DNA of 64,000 bases from a virus (IMGVR_UViG_2663763243_000008:15814-79813); one strand, 5' to 3'. Shown: positions 20,050-28,304, numbered from the stretch's first letter. Numbers and translations are program-made. Notes: generated by a model from the letters alone, not told the origin.

Positions 20050-21054
20050 ATGGCGATTAACAAACTTCCTTCAGGAAAATGGCTTTGCCAATGCTTCCCT
20101 TATGGCCGTGATGGTAAACGGATACGTAAACAATTTGCCACTAAAGGCGAAGCACTTTCATACGAACGCCGCATGATGGTGAATAAGCAAGATACGGGGC
20201 TGGGTGTTAGTGCGGTAACACTTAATGAATTAGTTGAGCGCTGGTATGAAATGCACGGTAAGACCCTATCTTCTGGCGAGTCCCGTAAAACTAAATTATT
20301 GGCTATTTGCGAGCGAATGGGGGAACCCTTAGCGGCAGATGTCGATAAAAATATGTTTGCTGTTTATCGGGAACGGCGGCTGAATGGTGAATGGCAAGCA
20401 AAAGGACGTACTGTTGTAAAAGAAGCTACTGTTAACCGTGAACAATCATACCTACATGCTGTATTTTCAGAATTAAAACGCCTTGGTGAGTGGGAGGGAA
20501 GTAACCCGCTTGATGGTATCCGGCAATTTAGTGAGGGCGATCAAGAACTGGCCTTTCTGTCCCAAGATGAAATCAAGCGGCTTTTAGTCTCCTGTGATGA
20601 GTCGGAAAATAAAAGTTTGGGAACTATCGTTCGCCTCTGCTTGGCTACTGGTGCTAGGTGGGGAGAAGCGCAGGATATGAAACAGTCGCAGATATTGCCT
20701 AGCCGTGTGACTTATATTAATACTAAGGGCAAAAAGAACAGAACCGTACCGATATCTGAAAAACTATTTAAGCGTATACCAAAAAATCGCGGCGCTTTAT
20801 TCACTCCATCTTATGATGCATTTAAACATGCATTGAAAAGGGCGGCTATTGAGTTGCCTAAAGGGCAACGCACACACGTACTCAGACACACCTTTGCTAG
20901 TCACTTTATGATGGGCGGCGGAAACATTTTAGTGCTGCAACAAATTCTTGGTCATAGCACTATTTTAATGACGATGAGATATGCACATTTTGCCCCTAAC
21001 CACTTGGATGCGGCCATCGCATTAAACCCCTACGACAAGCTAGTTATTGAGTGA
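20050..21054 (+). CDS. int: P2-type tyrosine integrase
   Basis: TGARWGE, HVLRHTFASH, ILGHS, MRYAH. Confidence 0.95.
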   Translation: MAINKLPSGKWLCQCFPYGRDGKRIRKQFATKGEALSYERRMMVNKQDTGLGVSAVTLNELVERWYEMHGKTLSSGESRKTKLLAICERMGEPLAADVDKNMFAVYRERRLNGEWQAKGRTVVKEATVNREQSYLHAVFSELKRLGEWEGSNPLDGIRQFSEGDQELAFLSQDEIKRLLVSCDESENKSLGTIVRLCLATGARWGEAQDMKQSQILPSRVTYINTKGKKNRTVPISEKLFKRIPKNRGALFTPSYDAFKHALKRAAIELPKGQRTHVLRHTFASHFMMGGGNILVLQQILGHSTILMTMRYAHFAPNHLDAAIALNPYDKLVIE

Positions 21055-21120
21055 TAAATAGCGAATTTTAATGGCAGCAAAAACAAACCCTGCGCAAATA
21101 TAGCTAAACATGCACATTTA

Positions 21121-21153
21121 TAACTTATTGAATACACTTAACTTATTGATTTT
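21121..21153. promoter_or_regulatory. IHF-like site / TAACTTATTGA direct repeats beside att
   Basis: TAACTTATTGA at 21121 and 21139; the second matches WATCAANNNNTTR on the minus strand. Confidence 0.55.
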
Positions 21154-21171
21154 AAAAAGTAGCATCAAATT

Positions 21172-21225
21172 TTTAAAATCCCTCGGCTTATGGCTGTGCG
21201 GGTTCAAGTCCCGCCCCGGGCACCA
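21172..21225 (+). tRNA. 3' fragment of tRNA-Leu(UAA) (leuZ-like), att core shared by both prophages; not an intact tRNA
   Basis: TTTAAAATCCCTCGGC...GCTGTGCGGGTTCAAGTCCCGCCCCGGGCACCA: anticodon loop to CCA, 5' half absent. Confidence 0.88.
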
Positions 21226-21269
21226 TGGAAACAAATCTAAGTAAAACAAAGTAGTATGAGTATGTCGTT

Positions 21270-21292
21270 AACCGCCGAGAGGCGGTTTTTTT
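21270..21292 (+). terminator. Rho-independent terminator
   Basis: AACCGCC-GAGA-GGCGGTT followed by a T-run. Confidence 0.8.
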
Positions 21293-21307
21293 GTGCCTGA
21301 AATCTCA

Positions 21308-21341
21308 TTCCTAAGATGTTCCTAACATCATTTCCTAACAT
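21308..21341. repeat. Three TTCCTAA(G/C)AT direct repeats, probable integrase arm sites
   Basis: Copies at 21308, 21319 and 21332, between att core and int. Confidence 0.7.
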
Positions 21342-21365
21342 GATTTCGGTTATCTGAATAAAAAT

Positions 21366-22382
21366 TCACTTTTTCTGACCGCCTACCACTGGCACAATTT
21401 CTGTTTTCCTATCATATCTTGCTGTTTGGGCTGTATTCTTGTGCCCTGAAATGGCTTGCTTCTCTGCGAGGGTTCCCTCTAAGTCTGATATTCCCTTGGC
21501 TTTTAAATCATGAAACGTGAAATCAAAGTCCAATTCGGAAAATGTTTTTGCGGCCAATAATTTTGCGTTGCGCCACCGACTATTGAAACCATCTCTTGTG
21601 TAGCCATGCCCAGACCGCTGATGTAGTACATAAATACTGCTCACACCTGGAGCGATTTCTATTCCATCTGCAATTTTGATGGCCTGCTGTAATCTTTCCG
21701 TCCATGCCTTGATCTGTTTCTTTCCTGTTTTCCCTTGCTGTATAAATACCCCGGCATCTATTAGCTGTGACTTTTTTAAGGCGAGGATGTCTGCTTGCCG
21801 AGCGCAACAAAGATAGGCGAGTTCCATTGCCGCTTTTACAATCGGCGGAGCTACGTTGTAGAGAGCGCTATATTCAGCGTCAGTAATGTATCGTTCCCTG
21901 CTAACCTCTTTAAATTGCTTAACATCCTTGCATGGGTTGCCTTTTACCATTCCCCTCTCATATCCCCAACGATAAACCCGCGATAGGAAAGTTTTCTCAC
22001 GGTTTGCCTGTGTTCTACTGGCAACCCCGCGTCTATCCATATATTTCCTGATATGTTCAGGTTTTATGTTGTCTGGTTCCATTTTCCCGAAAACTGGTAA
22101 TACTCTAAGTGAATATTTGCGGTAGTCTTTCTGCGTCTCAACAGCTAACTCATTAAAATCAACAGAGCGGAAAAACTGTTCAATGAGTTTATTCAAGTTG
22201 GCTTTTTCTAATGGCTCAGTATTTATTTTTTCGTAGCATGACCATACTTGAGAAATAGGTGCATCCAATGGGCATAGCGATATTGAGCCACCGCGGGCGG
22301 GGTGGAATTCATATTTCGATTTTCCACGATACACCCGAGGTGGTAATGCCGTGTCTGCGGCGTTCTTGCGTTTACCGGCCAC
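21366..22382 (-). CDS. int: Tyrosine integrase (lambdoid)
   Basis: CARQADIL, FHDLKAKG, SGHK, TARYDR. Confidence 0.93.
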   Translation of the reverse strand: MAGKRKNAADTALPPRVYRGKSKYEFHPARGGSISLCPLDAPISQVWSCYEKINTEPLEKANLNKLIEQFFRSVDFNELAVETQKDYRKYSLRVLPVFGKMEPDNIKPEHIRKYMDRRGVASRTQANREKTFLSRVYRWGYERGMVKGNPCKDVKQFKEVSRERYITDAEYSALYNVAPPIVKAAMELAYLCCARQADILALKKSQLIDAGVFIQQGKTGKKQIKAWTERLQQAIKIADGIEIAPGVSSIYVLHQRSGHGYTRDGFNSRWRNAKLLAAKTFSELDFDFTFHDLKAKGISDLEGTLAEKQAISGHKNTAQTARYDRKTEIVPVVGGQKK

Positions 22383-22608
22383 TGTTCATGGCCTCGAAAT
22401 TGGGTTCTTCTTTTTCTGGCTCTAGCGGCTTACCGCGTAAACTGATTGGATTCAAAAAATGGCCCCAAGTGGTTTTCGGGTGTCCGTCTGGGCGTCGGAT
22501 AAAAAAGATCCCCGAGCGGCGTAAAGAGTCACATTGTTTGGTTTTGTAGTGATGACCGGTCAACTCAATCATCTCCTCTTTGGTGATTATGTCGTGGTCG
22601 TTTTTCAT
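22372..22608 (-). CDS. Excisionase (DUF4224-like)
   Basis: ELTG...KQCDSLRRSGIFF...DGHP...EPNFEAM, directly upstream of int. Confidence 0.8.
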   Translation of the reverse strand: MKNDHDIITKEEMIELTGHHYKTKQCDSLRRSGIFFIRRPDGHPKTTWGHFLNPISLRGKPLEPEKEEPNFEAMNSGR

Positions 22609-22771
22609 GGTCTTGCCCCTGTATCATTTGGGTTATTGCTCTGTCGGTCGCAGAACAGGCCCGCTGTATATCGTGGTCGGTGAGTTGTTGTTTCCGTACA
22701 CTGGCTGATAATTTGCCGATCTTAATATCTAAGTCGGTTAATAGGCGTTTGCCCGGTTGCCATGGCTGCAT
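22565..22771 (-). CDS. Hypothetical protein
   Basis: ORF with RBS in the pL operon. Confidence 0.6.
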   Translation of the reverse strand: MQPWQPGKRLLTDLDIKIGKLSASVRKQQLTDHDIQRACSATDRAITQMIQGQDHEKRPRHNHQRGDD

Positions 22772-22820
22772 GGTGGTTTCCCTGGTGTTGGATTTCCACC
22801 ATGCTAGCGGGGCAGGTTGA

Positions 22821-23003
22821 TTATTTCTGATTATGCAAAATCAATTTTTCGGGTGCTTTCTGCGGTGGGGTGCTGCTAATTCGAACATCTACCGGAAAAT
22901 CGTAGTGAACATCACAACGGCGATCAGTGTGGATGGTGCCTGTTCGTCCATCGGGGAGTGTGATATAGGACTTTTCACCGCGTTTGTGAGTACGCTTTAG
23001 CAT
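22821..23003 (-). CDS. Small protein with CsrA-like pattern
   Basis: MLKRTHKRGEKSYITLPDG...VHYDFPVDVRI resembles the CsrA MLILTRKVGE...APKDVSV layout. Confidence 0.5.
   Translation of the reverse strand: MLKRTHKRGEKSYITLPDGRTGTIHTDRRCDVHYDFPVDVRISSTPPQKAPEKLILHNQK
22827..22844. promoter_or_regulatory. YdaT/CII-type inverted repeat (CTGATT-N6-AATCAA), pI-like promoter
   Basis: Same repeat as 27799-27816; leftward -10 TAGCAT at 22801-22806. Confidence 0.65.
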
Positions 23004-23048
23004 GGGTGTTGCCTCAGTAATGCCCCGTTGGTTTGGGGCGGGATGAAA

Positions 23049-23549
23049 TTAGCGAACCTGCAGGCTACGGCTACCGATCTCGATATGCGCACCTTTAACA
23101 TCAACACCATTCTCTATGGCTTCCTTAATGGCTTTTTTATCGGGCGCTACGGTGGTTTGCACTGTCACCAATTCACTGGACAATAAGTCTTCATTGTCGA
23201 TCACCACACTGGCCACACCTTTGCGTGCGGTGAATGTGTTATACGGCGTTTTAAGTGTGTTCATATCTGCGGCCAATAAGCAGTTAAGGACGTACTGTTT
23301 GATCGATTTGGCCCGATTCTCGAATGACCTTTTCCGCTCAGCCAGACGTTTAGCTTCCTCATCACAGGTCTTTGCTTGCCCCTCAAGATTGCGAACAAAG
23401 ACGTAGGTTGCATCCAGCTTATCCCCCAGGGCACCCTCTAACCCCTCAAGCGTATCGGCGATCATTTCTGGCGTGAGTTCCTCTGAGGACTCAACCAACT
23501 GTTGCAGTTTGAAAAGGTCTGCGGCTAATGCGATTGCTGTATTGCTCAT
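23049..23549 (-). CDS. Siphovirus Gp157 family protein
   Basis: IADTLEGLEG...PDKKAIKEAIENGVDVKGAHIE...SLQVR. Confidence 0.85.
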   Translation of the reverse strand: MSNTAIALAADLFKLQQLVESSEELTPEMIADTLEGLEGALGDKLDATYVFVRNLEGQAKTCDEEAKRLAERKRSFENRAKSIKQYVLNCLLAADMNTLKTPYNTFTARKGVASVVIDNEDLLSSELVTVQTTVAPDKKAIKEAIENGVDVKGAHIEIGSRSLQVR

Positions 23550-25741
23550 AATGTCGGCTCCTGTGCGGTAAGTTCAGCAACCCGTTTTTCAGTTAAGCGG
23601 TGTAACGCCAGCAGGCGGGTTTTGAGGTAATTGGCGTGTTCGTGATCGGCTTTGGCTTCTGCATCTTTGCGGTGTACATCAACTTCACGCGCAATGGTGC
23701 TGTAAACCTTGTTCACTTCGTTGGTGGTGACGGCGCTCGTAATGGTATTGCCTACTTTGGTTAACTTCTCATCCAGCTCTTTGCGCAGACGAACTGAGTC
23801 ACCGGCTTTCTCACTTGCGTTCTTGATAGCAAACTCAGCGGCGTTATCAGTGCGGTATCCGAGATCATCAAAAAGACCGAGGAATACATCAGCAGAGAAA
23901 CCAAGTTGTGACAGTGCCTTTTTAGTCGCATCCGTTAGTGATTTTTTGGTGACTTCACTATCACAGGTGAGACCGTTTTTGGTGTTGTAGATATATGGGG
24001 TGCAACCATATGCAGGGATTTCGCCACGCTCACCACGCAGGGTGTAGATTAAGCGTATTTTAATGACATGATTGATCTCAGTTAGATAGCCGCCAGATCC
24101 GTTGGGTATGACTTCTTTTATATAATTTCCATCAGCACCTTTGACTGACCGCATGATCGGTGCACCGTTATCAAAGCGTTCTTCTAAAATCTCCACCCGC
24201 CAGTTGATACCTTGTGGCCCAAGCAATTTTGTTGCTTGCATAACCATATAGGTGCCGTTAATCGACGTGCCACCACCGTTATTTGAGAATGCTTTAGTAA
24301 AGCGTTCATCGGTTCTTTGCACCGAGCGCCACAGATTCATGTTGTCCTGCACATCTTGTGGCTGTGAAGATATATCCTCTTCAATGATGACGGCTCGCTG
24401 CTGAAATTCATCAGCAGTAACATCTACAGTAGGAATAGCGCTTTGCTGCGCCTCTTCAATAACCTCTGTCGGCTTCTCCTCAACTGAGGCATAAACGCTG
24501 TAACCCAACTGATCCAACGTCTCTTTAGCCTGTTGAGCTGCGTTATCAGTGATAGGTTCCAGTTCAGGGTTTTCCTGTTCTGTTTCAACAATTGGCGGTT
24601 TTGTTTCAGTTTCTGGCTCAGAATTGGCAACCAGCGCCAGTTTTGTTTCATTGTTTGCCGCTGGTTGCGGTTCACCACCGGCTAGACCATCAATAGAGAA
24701 CTTGCCATCACCCAGATTGGTTACTGCGGGTTGTGGGTTTTTAACGGCTAAACACTGAGTGATAAATTCCTTTCGTGCTGAGGCATCGGTCAGGAAGATA
24801 GGTTGCTTTTTACCCGCGCGGATCACTTCAAAGATGCTTTCACGTGGAATAGATAACACATTGTTGCGAACGCGAAAATCGGTTGACCATTTACGCCAGG
24901 CATCATCATTGTTATCCATCAGCTCTTTTGCTTGCTTCATCTCTGCCGACATGACATCCCAGCAGTTAAAATCAGCAGGCAATAAGGCGAGAGCGACTTC
25001 GAGATCGAGCGTTTTATATGTGTGCTCAAAGCTGCGTTTGATTGGCGCATCAGGAGCCGGCGTGTCAATACGGGCAACTTTTTTAGTACCGGTTAACTCG
25101 TCACGATTGCTGGGTTCATTAACCCATTTTTCAGCAAAGCTACGTACTTCCCTGAATCCAGGTATTTTGGGGAATTTCTTATTTATCGCATCAATAAGAT
25201 TTTTAATTGACTGCGGATACATCGCGCCAATTGCAGGAATACATGTGAGCGCCATGTATATCGAACTTATTTCCGGCTCAGCGTCGTCATCATTAATTAA
25301 GTCATACACAAGTGATAGCTCATGTGAATCAATGTCACGCGCACCGTACAACATTACGCTACCAACTTTAGCTCCAATACCCAGTTTGTTGAAATCAACC
25401 GGAGTAGTAGTAATGTCCTCACTTACCTCGCCGTTGTCTTCATTACCATCCTCAGGCAACGGTACAGCATTAGGCGTCCATACTTTGCCATCAAAGGTAT
25501 TATCCTGTGCGAACTGCTCATCGAACTCACCAACAACCGGGCGCGGTTGCCCGACAGTATCCTCACAGATTTTCGGATCAGCAAAGTTATCACCGGCAGC
25601 GGGGTAGGCTTCCCATAATTTCCCGATGGCCAGTGCGGATGCCATTTTCTTATTTATGGCTTCCAGAGCTATAACAAGCGGTATAGCCCCATTTTTGAGA
25701 GCCGCTTTTTTCGGCTCGAATAAACAAATAAATACAGTCAT
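23546..25741 (-). CDS. RecE-N-terminal-like region fused to Rad52/Sak-like annealing domain
   Basis: N-terminal FEPKKAALKNGA / HTYKTLDLEVALALLP; C-terminal TSINGTY...GPQGINW...KKSLTDATKKALSQLGFSADVFLG. Confidence 0.7.
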   Translation of the reverse strand: MTVFICLFEPKKAALKNGAIPLVIALEAINKKMASALAIGKLWEAYPAAGDNFADPKICEDTVGQPRPVVGEFDEQFAQDNTFDGKVWTPNAVPLPEDGNEDNGEVSEDITTTPVDFNKLGIGAKVGSVMLYGARDIDSHELSLVYDLINDDDAEPEISSIYMALTCIPAIGAMYPQSIKNLIDAINKKFPKIPGFREVRSFAEKWVNEPSNRDELTGTKKVARIDTPAPDAPIKRSFEHTYKTLDLEVALALLPADFNCWDVMSAEMKQAKELMDNNDDAWRKWSTDFRVRNNVLSIPRESIFEVIRAGKKQPIFLTDASARKEFITQCLAVKNPQPAVTNLGDGKFSIDGLAGGEPQPAANNETKLALVANSEPETETKPPIVETEQENPELEPITDNAAQQAKETLDQLGYSVYASVEEKPTEVIEEAQQSAIPTVDVTADEFQQRAVIIEEDISSQPQDVQDNMNLWRSVQRTDERFTKAFSNNGGGTSINGTYMVMQATKLLGPQGINWRVEILEERFDNGAPIMRSVKGADGNYIKEVIPNGSGGYLTEINHVIKIRLIYTLRGERGEIPAYGCTPYIYNTKNGLTCDSEVTKKSLTDATKKALSQLGFSADVFLGLFDDLGYRTDNAAEFAIKNASEKAGDSVRLRKELDEKLTKVGNTITSAVTTNEVNKVYSTIAREVDVHRKDAEAKADHEHANYLKTRLLALHRLTEKRVAELTAQEPTL

Positions 25742-25796
25742 GTTGGTCTTGCCTCTTTGGTTTTTAAACGGATCTTGGTCTTTGATGTATGACTAA

Positions 25797-26132
25797 TTAA
25801 AAAGGAATTTCGGTATCATCAGATACGTTCGATGGAGTGCTGTGCTCGATGCATAGCAACGCCTGAATCTGATCATCAATTAGTGACTGCTTACGATATG
25901 ACTCAGCCGCAATCTGTTCCTTTTTGCTATGGAGTGAATCGACATGCTTGCTGATGATTTCAAAAGGGTCGGGTTCGTCAAAAGGAATCGTAATTTCTCG
26001 GGTTTCGAGTAAAACATGCGCTGGCTCAACCTGTGACATGTCACAGGTGTACACGGTAAAGCGATCATCTTTTGATGTTGAATATGGATTGGTATGGATG
26101 TAGAGCTTGGTGGTTATCTGTAGTGCTGTCAT
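25797..26132 (-). CDS. Hypothetical phage protein
   Basis: Start MTALQ with AGGAG RBS; C-terminal QIQALLCIEH. Confidence 0.7.
   Translation of the reverse strand: MTALQITTKLYIHTNPYSTSKDDRFTVYTCDMSQVEPAHVLLETREITIPFDEPDPFEIISKHVDSLHSKKEQIAAESYRKQSLIDDQIQALLCIEHSTPSNVSDDTEIPF
26029..26048. repeat. 20-bp perfect palindrome containing TGTGACATGTCACA, intragenic
   Basis: ACCTGTGACATGTCACAGGT. Confidence 0.9.
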
Positions 26133-26141
26133 AGCAACTCC

Positions 26142-26150
26142 TGATATACT
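26142..26150 (+). promoter_or_regulatory. Extended -10 promoter (TGaTATACT) for the antisense sRNA
   Basis: Matches TGnTATAAT with one mismatch. Confidence 0.65.
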
Positions 26151-26156
26151 TATTTT

Positions 26157-26274
26157 AAGATTGATGGCGTAAGCCGTTGGTCTTGCCTCTGTTAACGGGT
26201 TGGTCCCCGTTAGCTTCCCGGTTAACTTTGGTCGGTGACCCGGGGTAAAGAAGCCCACTTCGGTGGGTTTTTTT
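26157..26274 (+). ncRNA. Putative ~118-nt multi-hairpin antisense sRNA with UUGGUC loops
   Basis: Promoter, GUAA hairpin, anti-RBS segment, two UUGGUC-loop hairpins, cUUCGg terminator; G-U pairs favour the + strand. Confidence 0.75.
26251..26274 (+). terminator. Rho-independent terminator of the sRNA
   Basis: AAGCCCAC-TTCG-GTGGGTTT then T-run. Confidence 0.85.
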
Positions 26275-26442
26275 ACGTCTGTAATTTGGTGCCCATTACG
26301 CCGGGCCAGCGGGTCAGATCTTCGGTCTTGCCTCACCACACTTTCCCGTCGTGGCTACGTTATTGGTTTGGGCTGCTGCACTGTGGTAATCATGCCGAGC
26401 CTTGGCGCGGGGTTCTCCTCCAATGCAACAACCCAAATTCTG

Positions 26443-26598
26443 TTATTGCCGTACTTTGACTACTTGATAATCACGGCCAGTATTACGTGCGTAATCATCA
26501 GCTTCTTTGCGAGTTGGGTAAGTATTTCCGTTAGCCCACATTCCACAGTAGCGATATTGGATCTGGAATTTACTCGCTTGCTTTTTAGTTGCTTTCAT
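26443..26598 (-). CDS. Small first gene of the pL operon (51 aa)
   Basis: MKATKKQASK... with GAGGG RBS. Confidence 0.6.
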   Translation of the reverse strand: MKATKKQASKFQIQYRYCGMWANGNTYPTRKEADDYARNTGRDYQVVKVRQ

Positions 26599-26746
26599 AA
26601 CTTCCCTCTTTTGCCGTCTTCCCGGCTGCCAGAACGTACTAAACCTAAACTTGCGAATCATCCGGTGTTTCGTATGCCACCGGCAGCTACTTCGTGGGCG
26701 TCCTGCCTGTTCGCATCGGCTACTGTGCCGTGTTGATGAGAGAAAT

Positions 26747-26795
26747 GTACCTATAGTTACCTTTCGTGTCAATAAGGGGGTGTTCCAATAGTTAC
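26747..26795. promoter_or_regulatory. OL operators / pL
   Basis: GTACC-TATA-GTTAC (26747) and GTTCC-AATA-GTTAC (26782); TTGACA on the minus strand between them. Confidence 0.7.
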
Positions 26796-26838
26796 ATTTA
26801 GGGGCATAAAAAAGCCCATCAGGGGGATGGGCTATTGA

Positions 26839-27501
26839 TTACAGGTCTTGGGTAACCTGAACAACGCGACCGAGAATACGGCAATTGCCGTTTATTTCGA
26901 TGGGTTTGAAATTGGGATTTAAAGGCATTAGGTATTTATTGGGGCCATCAACAACTAACTTTTTAATGGTGGCCTCGGAGCTGCCATCAATGATGGCGAC
27001 CACTATTTTACCGTACAAATCATCAATAGAACCATAATTAGGTTCTACGATAACGGTAGACCCCTCGGGGATAGAAGGGGAACCATTGGGGTTGGTCATT
27101 GACTCACCCCGAACATCCAAACCAAATGCGTTTTCAGAAACCTTCACTGTGGTGTTGCACCATCTAAGAACATCAGAGATACGGGCGGCGGAGTAGGTTT
27201 CTGTCCAGGCACCGGCTTGAACGGATGAGATGACAGGTATGGCATTAGGCACAGCGACGAGGGGCTTAATCTTCGTATCGTCAACCTGACGTAAATCTCC
27301 GGTACCATAGAGTAACCACTCTGGCGTGCATGAAAGTATTTGCGCCAGCCGGTGAAGATTTTCCCCATCTGGTTTAGTGATTCCTGACTCCCATTTTGTC
27401 ACTGATACACGGCTCACCCCAATAGCTTTGGCTAATTGGACTTGCGTGAGATCTAGCTGCAGTCTGCGAAGACGGATGCGGTCATTCATTTCATTTTTCA
27501 T
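26839..27501 (-). CDS. cI: CI repressor (HTH + S24 peptidase)
   Basis: LTQVQLAKAIGVSRVSVTKWESG; VRGESM and ATIKKL. Confidence 0.93.
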   Translation of the reverse strand: MKNEMNDRIRLRRLQLDLTQVQLAKAIGVSRVSVTKWESGITKPDGENLHRLAQILSCTPEWLLYGTGDLRQVDDTKIKPLVAVPNAIPVISSVQAGAWTETYSAARISDVLRWCNTTVKVSENAFGLDVRGESMTNPNGSPSIPEGSTVIVEPNYGSIDDLYGKIVVAIIDGSSEATIKKLVVDGPNKYLMPLNPNFKPIEINGNCRILGRVVQVTQDL

Positions 27502-27563
27502 GTAACCAATGTTACGCCATAGCGATGTGAAAAGTGTTTGCATTGTTATGTACCTTTTGTTAC
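27502..27563. promoter_or_regulatory. OR operators / pR
   Basis: GTAAC-CAAT-GTTAC (27502) and GTACC-TTTT-GTTAC (27550), same consensus as OL. Confidence 0.7.
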
Positions 27564-27593
27564 CTTTCATCCTGAGTTAAACAAGGAGTTCCT

Positions 27594-27779
27594 ATGAACA
27601 AGAAAGATGTCGTCAAGTTTTTTGGTGGGGTAGTGAATACCGCCACGGCCTTAGGCATAAAGCACCCAGCAGTTTGCCGTTGGGGGGCAATTATCCCTGA
27701 GAAACAGGCAATGAAGATTGAACGCATGACTCATGGCGAACTGAAATATGACCCCGCTATGTATCGAAGTGCAGCCTAA
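27594..27779 (+). CDS. cro: Cro-like repressor
   Basis: KDVVKFFGG...ALGIKHPAVCRWG..IPEKQA...GELKYD. Confidence 0.88.
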   Translation: MNKKDVVKFFGGVVNTATALGIKHPAVCRWGAIIPEKQAMKIERMTHGELKYDPAMYRSAA

Positions 27780-27798
27780 CCCAATCCCACTCACAAAT

Positions 27799-27816
27799 CT
27801 GATTATCAATAATCAA
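27799..27816. promoter_or_regulatory. YdaT/CII-type inverted repeat (pRE-like)
   Basis: CTGATT-ATCAAT-AATCAA between cro and CII. Confidence 0.7.
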
Positions 27817-27839
27817 TTTCCTGCGACAGGAGACGCAAC

Positions 27840-28304
27840 GTGGAACAAGAAATTAAAGCCCTTAAAGCCGAAGTTCAGGCGTGGGCGGCAGAGCGGGGGC
27901 AGGAGCATGTAGCTATCGAGATCAGCAGAATGTTTTTCTTGCTCAATATCAACACCGGTTCAGTTCGTCTCACTCCCATTGAAAACGGGCAGGGCGGCGC
28001 TGATTGGAAGTCTATTAACAACAACCGGCAGCAGTTATTTCGCTGGCTGCGCGGGGATTCAAAAGCATCAATGCGCAAGGTCTTGGAATTATCACCGGTA
28101 CTTAAAGCGGCACTCCCGGCAGAACGGCGGGCCAGGGTGAATGGCGAGACCGTGAATTATTTGGTTTCGATTGCCAGTCGAGAGTTTGCCGCAGCAATTA
28201 GCGCGGTTCTATTAGATGGCTGTGACATGTCACAAAGGATATCGGGCGCTGTTGCGGCACTTCACGCAATCAGACCACAACACCACCGGCTGACCACCGT
28301 ATAA
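27840..28304 (+). CDS. CII-equivalent regulator, YdaT-like
   Basis: VQAWAAERGQEHVAIEI...NNRQQLFRWL; CII position. Confidence 0.75.
   Translation: MEQEIKALKAEVQAWAAERGQEHVAIEISRMFFLLNINTGSVRLTPIENGQGGADWKSINNNRQQLFRWLRGDSKASMRKVLELSPVLKAALPAERRARVNGETVNYLVSIASREFAAAISAVLLDGCDMSQRISGAVAALHAIRPQHHRLTTV
28221..28234. repeat. Palindrome TGTGACATGTCACA, intragenic
   Basis: Perfect copy, read as CDMSQ in the CII frame. Confidence 0.9.

Larger units (their letters stand above)
1..21225. mobile_element. P2-like prophage (left part extends beyond window)
   Basis: P2-type gene order lysis-X-L-M-N-O / P-Q, hotspot, A, dam, B, cox, C, int, ending at a tRNA-Leu 3' fragment. Confidence 0.95.

Noticed and set aside
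21172-21225. Intact tRNA-Leu gene
   Set aside because: The 5' half (acceptor 5' strand, D arm) is missing; this is only an att-derived fragment
24759-25607. Long antisense ORFs (282 aa here; also 44164-44703, 59060-59539, 63376-63963)
   Set aside because: Shadow frames of well-supported genes on the opposite strand, with no recognisable motifs
26157-26274. Minus-strand CsrB-like sponge showing GACCAA loops
   Set aside because: Wobble pairs, tetraloops, promoter and U-tail all work on the + strand only
26133-26339. 69-codon N-terminal extension of ORF 25797-26339 across the sRNA
   Set aside because: A good AGGAG RBS precedes the ATG at 26132, and the region has + strand RNA features; probably not translated, though not excluded
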